Origin: the human T2T-CHM13v2.0 reference genome, Homo sapiens
NCBI RefSeq assembly: GCF_009914755.1
Contig: NC_060947.1
Reading direction: 5' to 3' (one strand)
Length of the DNA stretch: 64,000 bases
The notes beneath the pieces are model-generated. The model searched no databases, was not told where the DNA came from, and saw only the letters and a program-made list of their open reading frames with translations. The first letter of the stretch is position 1; each line of letters opens with the position of its first letter. The translations under genes and the position numbers were made by a program. Below, one piece after another: positions 31,651 through 43,707 of the stretch.

Positions 31651-34342
31651 TCAAGAAAGCATGTTTTCTCTATATTCAATGATTGAGAGCAGTCTTCAGT
31701 TTGGGCCCCATCTCCAGGTAAAGAGCTGGTTTAGGGTTTCATCTTGGGATTTGGCAGCGGAAGTTCTAAGTTTATTGCCAGGTAGCTATAACCTCTCCTT
31801 ATGCTCAGTGATCTAAACAATATGTACGTTGTGTAGTCACTTTTTCTGTTTTAGGTTTCAGTCTATCTTCTGTAAGATTTAACCAACTCTTGGCCCCCTT
31901 TAATGTCAACCTAAACTCCCATAGCTGAAGAGTCAAGTTTCAATTATAGAAACAATGGCTAGTTAACAGAAGTCAATGTTTACCCCAAAAATATATTTTT
32001 TGACATATTTTAAAGTGGCCCTGCCATACCTTCCTTAGTCCAGATCTAGGAAGCGTTAGCTAAGGGTCTTCATTCTGAAGACTCTCATGTATACACATTT
32101 AATATATTTAAATGCTTTTTCTCCTATTAATCAATCTGCCTCATGTCAGTGATTATTCAGTGAATCTTTAGGGGGCCAATAGCCTATGGCCATCATAGTA
32201 TCATGCAGCAAGCAGGGTAACACAAGTAAAGAGAATTCAGGAATCTGACAACCTTGCAAAAGAATAAGACCTTCTTACTGGTCAGGCTCCCAGCCTCTCT
32301 CGCTTTACACTCTAGTTGAACAGATGATAAAAATCACTGTTTGTTTTCTCTATAATGATTAATGAGAAGAAAGGATTTGTATGACTAATCCTGGGTTTTA
32401 GTGACTCTGGTGTATTTTTGGTACTTCGTGGTATAAATATTGATATCATTTCACCCCTTTCCTCTCAGAAGGAGTTTTCTTTTGGGTTGTGATTTTCCTT
32501 TTTCTTTGTCTTTCTGTATCATTTTGTCATAAAGAGAGGTACCATAGAGTAGAAAATGGGCCTAGAACACTTTTAAGCCTGCTGTTCAAACTGGCCCTGA
32601 AGACATGTCAGTTTTGCGGTTTTGATGAAACTGGTATCTGTTAAAACAATTTTGCTGTGGGTCTCTGAAATAAAAACCAGATGACGTTTCCCTCTTATCT
32701 TGTTTTATGTCCTTGAGTGTTTGACCTGTGACTAAGTGGGGGTATTCTCTTAGTCTCCACCATTGGAGGATATGATTTTTGAGGTCACATTAGGTAGCCA
32801 GTCTGAAAATATTGGGAGTCTGAGACACATAATATTTTAAGCTGCCCACTATTCATTCCAAAGGTGTTAAGCTCTTTAGGGAGTGGTCTTAAAATGTCCC
32901 ATCCCTATGGGGCTTTTTTCATCTTTTGCTATCTTAAGTATATTTCCGAGAGTAAATTTTGGAGGATCATGAGGATTGTCTCATTTAAATCCTCTCCAGG
33001 AATATATGGTAGAAATCTGGAAAATTACCACCTGGGCTTTACATAAAGAGGTTTTCGAATTGAATGGCTATTGGATCTAAGTACACCATTGAAAATAAAA
33101 AAAAATAGAGATTAAAAAAATAAAACAATTGATGAATATGTTAAATTTTTAAAAGGACACATAATAGTGTTATGGCTAGCCTTCAAAACTTTCTTGACTA
33201 AATTAAAGTACAAAATCTGACCTAAAACAAGGTAAAAACCCTTGTAAATAAAAACTGCCCACCCTCAATTTCACATGAAATTAACATCAGAGGAAATTTC
33301 AGTTTGTAGTCTTGTAGGTAAAATCCCTGATTAGGAAATCAGTCCTTTTGGTTTAATATTTATGTGACTTTTGCCATTTATTGATCCTTTTGCCTTCCAT
33401 GGACAAATTTTGAATTGTTTTTTATCTCTAGGAGCAAATGGACTTTTTGGTCTTCATGTGTAAATGACTAGCTGAGAAGCTGAGATTCTAGGGAATGTGG
33501 CCAGATAGAAATGTGAGTTGTACCTGACTTTTAGCTACTTTTTAAAATTTGAGCTGTCTTTGTGGGTGATTCTGGATCTTGTGAGGATTGTTCTGCACCT
33601 ATCTGGAGTTGCCTCATGAATCCTTGGTTAAGTCCTAATGTTAAAATAGATAGTTAGGCAGATATGAGCGGGGTAGGAGAGGGCCCTCCCCCAGGAATGT
33701 CAGGCAACCATCAGGAGATGGTCACGCAGTTGTTAACCTTTTTTCTTAAAATAATAATTGGTTGCAATCAGCACCAGGGAAAGGCAGTCTCCCAACAGTT
33801 AGAAAACACCTGAGGCTTCTGATCAGCAGCTTCCTGATAAGATATCAGGAGTTGGGCAAATGGGCTTAAGCATGCACACAAAGGGGCAAAACGACAGTTT
33901 AACTGGTATATGACCTTCCCCTAGGACCACTCAACTGGTAAGAGAAAAAATACTTCAAATGAGCATGCATACAACTTCAGTAAACACACTGTGCACGTGG
34001 CTCCTCCCGAGTGCTGGCAGACCAATGCACAAGGGAACAGCTTGTCCTGAGAATAAATCAAGGGAGGGGCCATGCAAACCCCAAACCATGCCAATGTATA
34101 AACCCCCAAGTAAAGTACCAAACAGTGCACTTGGATCTCTCAAGTAACCTTTTTGGCCCTCTTACAAGTGTACTTTACTTCATATTATTCCTGCTCTAAC
34201 AGTTTTAATGAACTTTCACTCTAGCACTAAAATTTGCCTCAGTCTCTCATTCTGCCTTATGTTTCTCATATGAATTCTTTTCTGAGGAGGCAAGAATCAA
34301 GTTGCTGCAGACCCATACAGATTGACCACTGCGAACATAATT

Positions 34343-34360
34343 TTGTGCCGTGACTCGGAT
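34343..34360 (+). promoter_or_regulatory. primer binding site for tRNA-His
   Basis: TTGTGCCGTGACTCGGAT versus TGGTGCCGTGACTCGGAT (complement of the tRNA-His 3' end), just after the 5' LTR. Confidence 0.88.
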
Positions 34361-34627
34361 AAGTTCCCTAGTGGTAAGATACCTCTATGCCTTGCCTTCT
34401 TTGGCTGGAGTGATTCAACCCTGTATCTGTTTTCCTTCTCTTCCGCTTTCCTGCTTACTAACCAAACCTTAGAATTATTCCTCTTGACCACAGTGGCTCT
34501 ACATCCCTTGGCTGATCTCTCAGCTCACCCTAATGGGTGGCTCATGGCGGTGAGAAGGACCTTGGAATCCACATCAAGTAGACCTGAAACACTAATAGCC
34601 TTCCTGGAGGCTCACAAGAGAGGCTTG

Positions 34628-34629
<2 letters not shown>

Positions 34630-34658
<29 letters not shown>
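34630..34658. repeat. poly-T tract in the provirus leader
   Basis: Long T run. Confidence 0.9.
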
Positions 34659-35519
34659 GAGTTAGCACCCCTTTTGGAGCAGGAAAAATTGTTCCTTTGC
34701 CATTTGTAAGCCTAAGCCCAAAGCCTTCTGGAAGTTCCTCCTTCATGTTAAGAGGGCAAATAAACATTGCCCTCTCGAACTCAAGGGCTGCTGTTTTTGC
34801 AAGCATTTGAAGGCTTTCCATGAGTATCTATCTCACTTCCTCACACTTCGTCCTGTAGTAAAGGAATTATCTCATCTGATTAAACATTTCTGCATGTTAT
34901 CCAGCGAGGATGAGGAACCCCAAATACAATTTTTTTTTCATTACTCAAGTCACTTACACATCCTTCTCAATATGCGTTAAGACCTTCAAGGTCATATTCG
35001 AAGGGAGAAAAGTCCAGCATCTTGTGGCAGGTAGCTGAAAAACAGGCTTCTCATCTACTTAAAGAATATGGGAAGTGGGATTATAAGAAAAGAGATAATA
35101 ATTTTGTTGCTAGAATGCTCTGAGAGTCGCTATAAGGTCATGGAAACAAAGATATAGATGGGCCCAAGGCCTCAGGTGCAAGAGACAAAAATATGAATAG
35201 GACACAGATTAAAGCTGGTCCCAGGCTACAGGCACAGAACAGATTGCCGTTAGAAAAGAGATGAAAGCAAGGTAGGGGTACCCAGTAAGGATAGTTTATT
35301 CTGGAACCCCAAGAAGAAATAAGGGGTCCCTGCTTACTCCAGTATCCCTTCTGTTCTCCACTGGGTAATTGGGATTAGGTTAAGGGTACCCAGTATGACC
35401 AGTTTATTTTGGAACTCTAAGGACTAATAGTAGATGCCCTCTTCAGGAAATAATAATAGGGAAATGAGAGGGGATGTCTTCTTTTTTTCTCCTTTGCCTT
35501 CTCTGTCCTCTCTTTGCAG

Positions 35520-36930
35520 ATGGTTAATCATGTCTCCATACCATAAGACATGCCCTTTGGATACATCCTCAAAAACTGGGAAAAGTTTGACCCTCAAACC
35601 GTAAAAGAGAAAAGGCTAATATATTTCTGTAACACAGCTTGGGTTGAATCCAATATCTGGGACCAGAAATCTTGGCTGGAAAATGGAAACATAATTTTAA
35701 TATGATCTGTTAACTACATTTATTTTGCTGCCAGCAGGGAAAATGGCTGTAAATACCCTATGTACAGGCCCTCATGGACCTAAGAAAGAATCCTGACCTA
35801 TGTCATACTTGTAAAATGGATCCAGTGATAATAGCTGTGGCAGCCCCCTATATTTGGTTCAGAAGACCTCATGATTGGGTTTACCCAGGGCTCAACCCTG
35901 AAGGAACCAAGGGCGGAGCTTAGATTAAACTTCACTGCCCCTTCTACCCCATTATATCTAAGTCTGTCAGTCCTGGAGCCTTCCCCTCCCTACCCAGGGC
36001 CATCCTCTGAACACCACTCCCTTAAGCTATGCCCCTTTTGAGAGGTTAGTGGCCTTAGTGGATCCACTATAGTCCATATTCCATTTACTATGCAAGACCT
36101 GAACCAAATTAAAATGAAACTAGGGAAGTTTATGGAGGACCCTGACAAATACACTGAAGGGTTTTATAAACTGGGCCTAACATTTGAACTCACTTTGAGG
36201 GGTCTCTCAGTAATACTAGGGAAAACCCTGTCTAAGGGAGAATGTGACTATATTACAGAGGCTGTCCAACAATTTGAAAATGTAATGCATATGACTGATC
36301 CTGACTGATCCTTGTGGCTACCTGTAGGAGCCACTGCAGTTCCCCAGGTTGATCCCAACTGGGATTACAATACCCAAGGGGGTATATGGGCAAGGGACCA
36401 CATATTTCTTTCTATGGTAGAAGTAATGAAAGCTTAGCAGAACAAAGCCCTTGAACTATAATAAATTGGCCTTTATAGATCAAGGCCCTTCTTAAAAACC
36501 CCACCACTTTCCAAGAGAGGCTACAAGAGGCCCTAGTGAAACATAACAACCCAGACTCACTCAGAAACACCAGAAAGGCAATTGGTTCTAAAGAACCGTT
36601 TCCTAACTCAGGCAACTCCAGATAATTGGAGGAAACTCCAGATATTTGGAAGAAACTCCAAAAATGAACACTGCCCCCCAACACCCTGACATCCTCAAAA
36701 TAGCTTCCTCAGTCTTTTATAACTGCGACCAGAAAGAAGAGAAAGGGCTCAGTAAAAGGAGAGGTGGAAGGAAAAGGAGCAGCTCCAACTATTAGCTGCT
36801 CTACAAGTTCACTAGCACCCTCCAGATTGCTCTCAGAATACCCTCTCAGGTAATTGTTATTGATGTGGGAAACCAGGCCACTGGAAGGGGGGCCCCTTGG
36901 ACAAAATCGCAATCCCTGACAGCCTTGAGC
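35520..36930 (+). pseudogene. ERV gag (decayed)
   Basis: ILKNWEKFDPQTVKEKRLIYFCNTAW, LGKFMEDPDKY and a zinc-knuckle remnant CGKPGHWK; stops and frameshifts present. Confidence 0.88.
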
Positions 36931-36942
36931 TGAAGGGGCCCT

Positions 36943-38940
36943 ATGGTCCGGCCAGCTCCCAGATCAAGTATCACTATTGAAGGGATGGAGTCAAGGGCTG
37001 CTTTGGACGTGGCAGGTAGGACTATAAATTTTCCTTTGGACATGAAAGTGGCCTGTTCAGTGCTTACCTTTTTGCTCGGGCAATTACCCTCCAAATCCTG
37101 CCAGGTGATGGAAATAAATGGGGTGCTTATAACCCGAAGGTTTACTCCCCGTCTGTGCTGCCTACAGGGGGAAATTGTCTTTTCTCACTCATTTTTGGTG
37201 ATGTTAGAATATCATATGCCCCTTTTTGGTAGAGATATTTTGTTTAAACTAGGGGTTCAGTTAACCTTTCTTCCAGGGCCAATACCTCCTTTTCCAAATA
37301 TGATCGTATGCCTCAAGGAAACTACACACCAGGATAAACTTCCCACATACCTTTTCATTAATCCAGAGGTCTGGACCTCAGTAATACCACAAAAAGTCAT
37401 AATGGCAATGCCTATATTAATTTAGCTCAAGTATGCTTCTAGTTATCCTTGTAGAAGGAAGTTTCCTCTTTGGCCAGAGGTCAAAAGGGGACTTCGGCCT
37501 TTGATTTAAAAATTTCGAAAGCATGGGTTATTAATATCCTGTATCTCCCCCGAAAACACTCCCATTTTACCTGTTAAAGAAAGCAATGGAAAATACAGGC
37601 TAGTCCAGGACCTGCAAATTATAAATGAGGCAGTTTTCCAATAAACCAAATGGTCTCTAACTCAAAAGTAATTCTAGGAGAAGTATCTCTAGATGCTCAG
37701 TGGTTTTCAGTTTTAGACATCAAAGATGCTTTCTTTTGTATCCCCCTAGACTCATCCTCCCAACTTCTATTTCCATTTGAGTGGGAGAATTAAAAAGGAA
37801 GGATTCAACAGCTCACCTGAACAGTGCTTCCACATGATTCCAGTAAAAGTCCCCATTTGTTTGGGTAAGGCTTGGCTATAGAGTCACCAACTCTTGAGAA
37901 GGGAGGATGTCTCCTACAGTACATGGATGACGTGTTAATCTGCTCCCCAACAAGAGAGCTGGAATCCAATCTGTAGTCCAGACACTCAGTTTCCTCACAG
38001 ACAGAGGGTACAAGTTATCCAAGGCCAAGGCACAACTACTAAGACAAGAGGTCCAATACCTGGAGATAATCTTGACCCCTGATAACAAAAGCTCTCTCCA
38101 GAATGGATACAGGCCATCCTTAGAATACCTATCCCAACCACCCAAAAGCTACTTCAGTCTTTTCTGTGGATTGCAGGATATTGCAGACTTTGAATATGGG
38201 GATATGGTGGGATTGCTAAGTCTTCATATCAGGCTCTAAAAGAAGGGATAAATAGGGACTCACTTCTCTGGGAAAATGATCAGGAGCAAGCCTTTAGGCG
38301 GCAAAAAACTGCCCTCTCACAAGCCCCAGCCCTTGGGCTACCCATACTAACGTAACCATTTTAGCTTCTCATCACTGAAAGGAAAGATGTAGCCCTAAAA
38401 GTTCTACCTTACACAATGAGGCCAATTAAACATCCTGTAGGTTACTTTTCAAAGAACCTAGACCCAGTATCACAAGGGTGGCCACATTGCCTCAAGGTAG
38501 TGGCTGCAGCAGCTTTCCTCATCTAGGAGCCCTCAAAAGCAGCATGAGGCAGTCAGTTTGACTCCTGACATCTCACCGAATAGACCCCTTATTGGACATA
38601 AAAAAACCACAATGTCCCACTGACAACAGACTGCTAAACTGCCAAGTCTTGTTAGAAAATCCACATTTAACAGTGGAGTGGGGTTCCACCTTTAACTCAG
38701 CCTCCTTACTGCCACTACCAGGAGTGGATAACTGAACACATTCATGTTGTGAGATACTTAACCAAATTTATGCCAGCCATAAAGACTTTAAAAATCAGCC
38801 CCTAGATAATCTAAATAAAATATGGTTTTCTGATGGTAGTAGCTTTGTCAGGAATGGAACTATATATGCAGGGAATGCTATAGTGTCCCTTCACCAAGTT
38901 ATAAAGGCTAAAGCCCTGTTTCCAGGGACCTCAGCACAAC
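36943..38940 (+). pseudogene. ERV pro-pol (protease, RT, partial RNase H; integrase deleted)
   Basis: Protease region ...PLFGRDIL; YRLVQDL; YMDD at 37920-37931; WFSDGSS at 38823; the frame ends at PGTSAQL. Confidence 0.9.
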
Positions 38941-38941
38941 T

Positions 38942-39447
38942 GTAGTCCTCAAAAATCATTGAAGGGTAGATATGTTAATGGCAGAACAGGAAGAAATCTG
39001 TTTAGTCTCAGATGGAAAATGTTGCTTTTGGGTAAATCAATTAGGAAAAGTACAAAACAACATCAGCCAACTCCTGAATCGAACCTCCAGTTTATAAGAA
39101 CAAGCCTCTCAGGGTTGGTTAGATTGATAAGAAATGTGGAAATGGTTCTCCTGAGTTCTTCTCTTTTTGGGCCCACTTGTTAATCTTATACTTTTGCTCC
39201 TTTTGGTCTATGTCTTCTAAATATAATAGCCTGATTTGTCTTCTCTCACCTTCAGACCATCAAGCTCTAGATAATCCTCAGTGGGGGATATCATCATCGC
39301 AATATTCAAAAGTCACCCTTCTACAGATGACTTCTAGACTGCCCATCACTGGGGCATAACAGAGGCAAAATTCTGCCCCTGTCTTCCTTGGAATTGGCTG
39401 AATACCACTTTCACCAACCCATGGAGTTACCCTGCCCTGACAGCTAG
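38942..39447 (+). pseudogene. env TM remnant, paralog of syncytin-2 (HERV-FRD env)
   Basis: VVLKNH*RVDMLMAEQEEICLVSDGKCCFWVNQLGKVQNNISQLLN...WKWFS*VL...RNIQKSPF matches the ISD/CX6CC/TM/tail region of syncytin-2 as recalled. Confidence 0.88.
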
Positions 39448-42082
39448 CAAAAGGCCAAAACCCATGGAACAACCAACACCACCCCTCTGTCAGCAGGAAG
39501 TAGTTACAGAAGACTTACCTTTGTCTATTTTCCCAAAGAATTGGGTCTTAGACTCTTAAAGGGAGAAATGTTAGAGTAGATAATTAGGCAGACATGAGCA
39601 GGGCAGGAGAGCCCCTGACCCAAGGAATGTCAGGCAACCATCAGGTGATGGTCGGGGGTTGTTAAACAGTCTTTCTAATAGAATAATTAGTTGCAGCCAG
39701 TGCCAGGGAAAGCCAGTCTTCAAATAGATAGAAAACACCTGAAGCTGGTGTTTAGCCACTTCCTGATAAGATCTCAAGATGTGGGCGAGTAGACTCAAGC
39801 ATACACTCTAAGAGGCAAAATGGCAGAGTTTAATTGGTGTATGACCTTCTCCTAGGACCACTCGATGGGTAAGGAAAAAAAAACACCTCAAACTCAAAAG
39901 AGCATGTGTACAATTTCAGTAAACACACAGTGCCTGTGACTGATCCCACATGCTGGCGGGCCACTGTGCATGGGGACAGCCTGCCTCAAGGAAAAATCAA
40001 GACAGAAGAGATGCAAACCTCAGAACAATGCCAATGTATAAAAACACCAAGTCAAAGACTAAATGGCACACTCGGATCTCTCAAGTCACCTGCTTGGACC
40101 TCTTCTATGTGTACTTGACTTCTTTTAGTTTCTGCTCTAATACTTTTTAATAAACTTTCACTTCTGCTCTAAAACTTTCCTTGGCTTCTGACTCTGCCTT
40201 ATACCCCTTGAATTAATTATTTCCTCTGAGGAGGCAAGAATTGAGTTGCTACAGACTTATATGAATTTGCCACTGCTAACACTAACCTTGGTTAAGGTTT
40301 ATTGGTTTCACTTAGAAGGTTACTTTTGGTAAGGAAGTTTAAAGGCCAGACATATCAGCTGTTTGTCCCAGCTAAAATCTTGTAATAAGAAATTGGAAAG
40401 GATTTTTTCTTTCAAAAAAACTCTATGGTTAGAAGTTAGCTTAACTAAAAGCTGATATTCAAGCTATAACTATATTTTTAAAGGCCTTGATGCTTGTTCT
40501 CTTTTTGCATCCTGTTTTGGGAATGTTTTCCTCAGTCAACTGAATCCTGTTTGTTTCTCCAATTGCTCTCTATCAGTCCCTGTTTCCTCTGAATACCACA
40601 AAACAAACATAAAAAAAGAATTTTTGACAACCTGGAATCCCTTGGAGAAAAGAGAAAGAGCACCACAGACTCCTCCTTTTGTGAGGAACCTTGTTGTTTT
40701 CTAATGAAATCCCAGGAGTTGTAAACAGACAGATTCCACTTAGGTCTAAAACTCTGCTGACTTTTGTATTGCATTACCTGATCTCTTTGGCTTTTGCGGG
40801 GTGCCAGATATTAGTTCCTACTGTAAGAGGACTTGACTTTGGTGTGTCTAATGGCAGGTGAGTCAGCTGAGAGCAACAGGGTTGGGGTGGCTAAGGACAA
40901 TTTACAGGAAATGGTTATTACTACAGGGGGTTGCTCATTTCTTTTCATATTTAGATACGAAAAGTATGGTTTGAACCCTAAAAACTGCATGCTTTATTGG
41001 CTTTGTTGCTTAGAGGGCTCTATCCTAAAGCCCACAATCTAATTAAGAAATAAGCTAAGGTGAAAAGACAACCTATCAAACTAAATCAGTCTTTGAAACG
41101 TGTTTGAAAGAAATTTATATATTCAAAAGAAATCTCCATTTTTAAATGCATCACTATCTCTGCCCCTAAAGCACTAGAAATATTAACTACAGGAAAGATA
41201 ATGGCATGAAATTTACATAACAAACCTTGCCTTTGTGTAGTTTTGAATTCTGTCTCTTTGTGATGTACATTTTCTGCTTTATTTAAGAGTTATGTGTTTG
41301 GAGATGTAAATTTCAATTTGCCTAGCTACCAATTGTTTAGGGCGTGAAATGAGTAATCAAAAGATTTATAGCCTAAAGTGGAGAGAAACTTTCTGAAACC
41401 TGGCAAATAAAAAATCTTACAAAATTCATAAAATCTGCTTATATGTGTCTATATGTCTATATGTTTATATGTGTCATGTTCATCTGATGTTTCACTAACA
41501 AATTATAGAAAATAGTTCTAATCAATTGGCTTAAAGAAAAATAAGCACTTAATCCAATACTTTATTAGGAAAATAGATGCTAGCTCAAATGCCTTTTAGT
41601 TTATGTGACTTTAGTAATCTTTGGTAAATAAAACCAGTTTCAAAATTCTCTTTGGTAATTTAAAATCTTAGTCATATTGTCTTAAATTAAGTAATCCTAG
41701 GTTTTTCACTCGCTGGGAACTCAGACTATTAAGAGTTAGAACAGTAGTTAATATACGTAATTAAAACTACTATTTATAAGAGAAAAAATTTCTACATACA
41801 GAGTGTATAAAGAAAGATGCATTTCTAGTAAAGATTATAAAAAACAAGAGCTTGTGGTTTTTACAAAAGGTAAAGTGATTTTGACAAGTTTAGAGACTAT
41901 TTAAAGTTGGCTTCAAAATGAAAGAAATATGATATAGATAAAACTAAATGGATACAAACAGAAAGAATAAAATGGTAGGAAATAGAAACTTTTTATTCCT
42001 GGGTAGGCATGTTTTCACCTATGGTATGGAACTGCAGCTGGGATCCATTCGGTTACTAAAAGTAAAAGACACCAGTGGAATT

Positions 42083-42754
42083 TATTTATTTTTTAGTAAG
42101 AAACAGCATTTTATTTAAAATGTTATTAGTAGATTTCTTAAAGATGTAAATAATTGAAGTAAATTTAGTTAATATTACTTGTATTAATTTACATTTTGTC
42201 CTCAATCATGATACCTATTTTAGATGGGTATGCAATTCCCATTGGACAGGGGTTTTAACTCAATATTTTAAACATAATATCCTTTGGCTTATCAATTCTA
42301 TGAAGATATTGATAAATGGGATGAAAATCTGTTATTGCTTTGTAGGTAATTTGCATTTTATGCTTTAATGATTTTAAATTATTTTCTTTATATTGGTGTT
42401 ACACTTTTTATTTATTATGATGCTTTCAGACATGTACATTTCTCGTGCTTTGTCGGTTGACATGAGCATGTATTTTATTAGTTATTTAAAATCTTTAAAC
42501 ACCTCTTATTTTCAGCTATTTTGTCTCTCCCACTTATTTAAATTTTTTATTAAAAATTCCATAAGACATAGCTCCTTTATTTTATTTTCAATTTACTTTG
42601 TCCTCCATTTTAATTTGCCACTCATTTTTCTCCCTGTTGTGACATTTATGTATTTATTGTACCTCATTTTTTCACTCATATTTTAGTTCATACTTTTCCT
42701 TTGCTTATATTTCTCTAATTTTTAAAAACATTTTTACAACAAAAATCACAGAAT
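42083..42754 (-). other. TSD-flanked polyadenylated retroposed insert (orphan transduction or retrocopy) containing ancient L1M-like sequence
   Basis: 12-bp TSD accagtggaatt at 42071-42082 and 42755-42766; on the minus strand AATAAA lies about 15 nt before an A-rich tail. Confidence 0.75.
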
Positions 42755-43707
42755 ACCAGTGGAATTCAGAGAGAAAAATCCAACACCTGGGAAATTGGTC
42801 CATTAGATGCATAAAAAATGAAAATAAGGAAAAGCAAAATATTAAATTCCTCGGTTATTGTTATCTATAATAGCTAAAATTAAAATAAAAGAGTGCTGTG
42901 TTGGGCCTGAATTAACAAAGCTCAGAAGTGAGTCTGTCTGATTGCAAATTACTAGCCCCAAAGCTACCCACAAAGAGGAATATTATGCCAGGGCAACAAA
43001 AATGTACCCCTGAGACCTGTGCTTACCAAGAAGGTAGCCAACATGAGGGAATAACAAAACCAAATAACTTTTGAAACCAGAGGAAGGAATTTTTTTCATT
43101 TTTAGATCAGTATCATCAGCTTCCTGAGGAATCTGTACTAAAATGGATTGCAGAAGTAAATTATTTGTAAGTAGTGTATTTGGTTTTAAATGGCGCAGAG
43201 TGGATAAAATAGGTTTGGTTTGATGCAGGAAACACAGCTCACTACTAAACAAATCACAGGCTAATATGTAATCCAGACACAAAGACGGGCATTTCTAAGA
43301 AGACAGCCAGCCTAGTGAACTGGATAGAAGCCATTATAAGATCAATTTACCTTGCAGATGAGGACTGTCCAACTCCACCTATAAATGCCAAGTGGAACAC
43401 CCCAGATAAAACATCTAATATGCTTCATATGTAAGCCATGGGGGACTGAAATTATGATGACATAAATATTCACCCACTGAATATGGTCATTAACTTGGTG
43501 ATGAGAAATGCTTTAATTAAGAGGGCCCCTTCCACCTGGGCACCCAATGTGATACTACTATTTTTCTCAAATAACCATTAATATAAAGTCTTATCAAACT
43601 TGCTGTCACAGATTTTTCATATGGGTCTTGCAAATACTAATAAAACATTTGGTTATTTAACAAGAGCATGGAGAAAGGCAAAAGGGAGAGCCAAAGGACT
43701 CTCCTGA

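Larger units (their letters stand above)
33639..40281 (+). mobile_element. MER50/HERV-FRD-family provirus with both LTRs (33639-34337 and 39569-40281)
   Basis: Two MER50-type LTRs; 4-bp TSD ctaa at 33635-33638 and 40282-40285; PBS; PPT aaagggagaaa; gag/pro/pol/env remnants. Confidence 0.93.
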
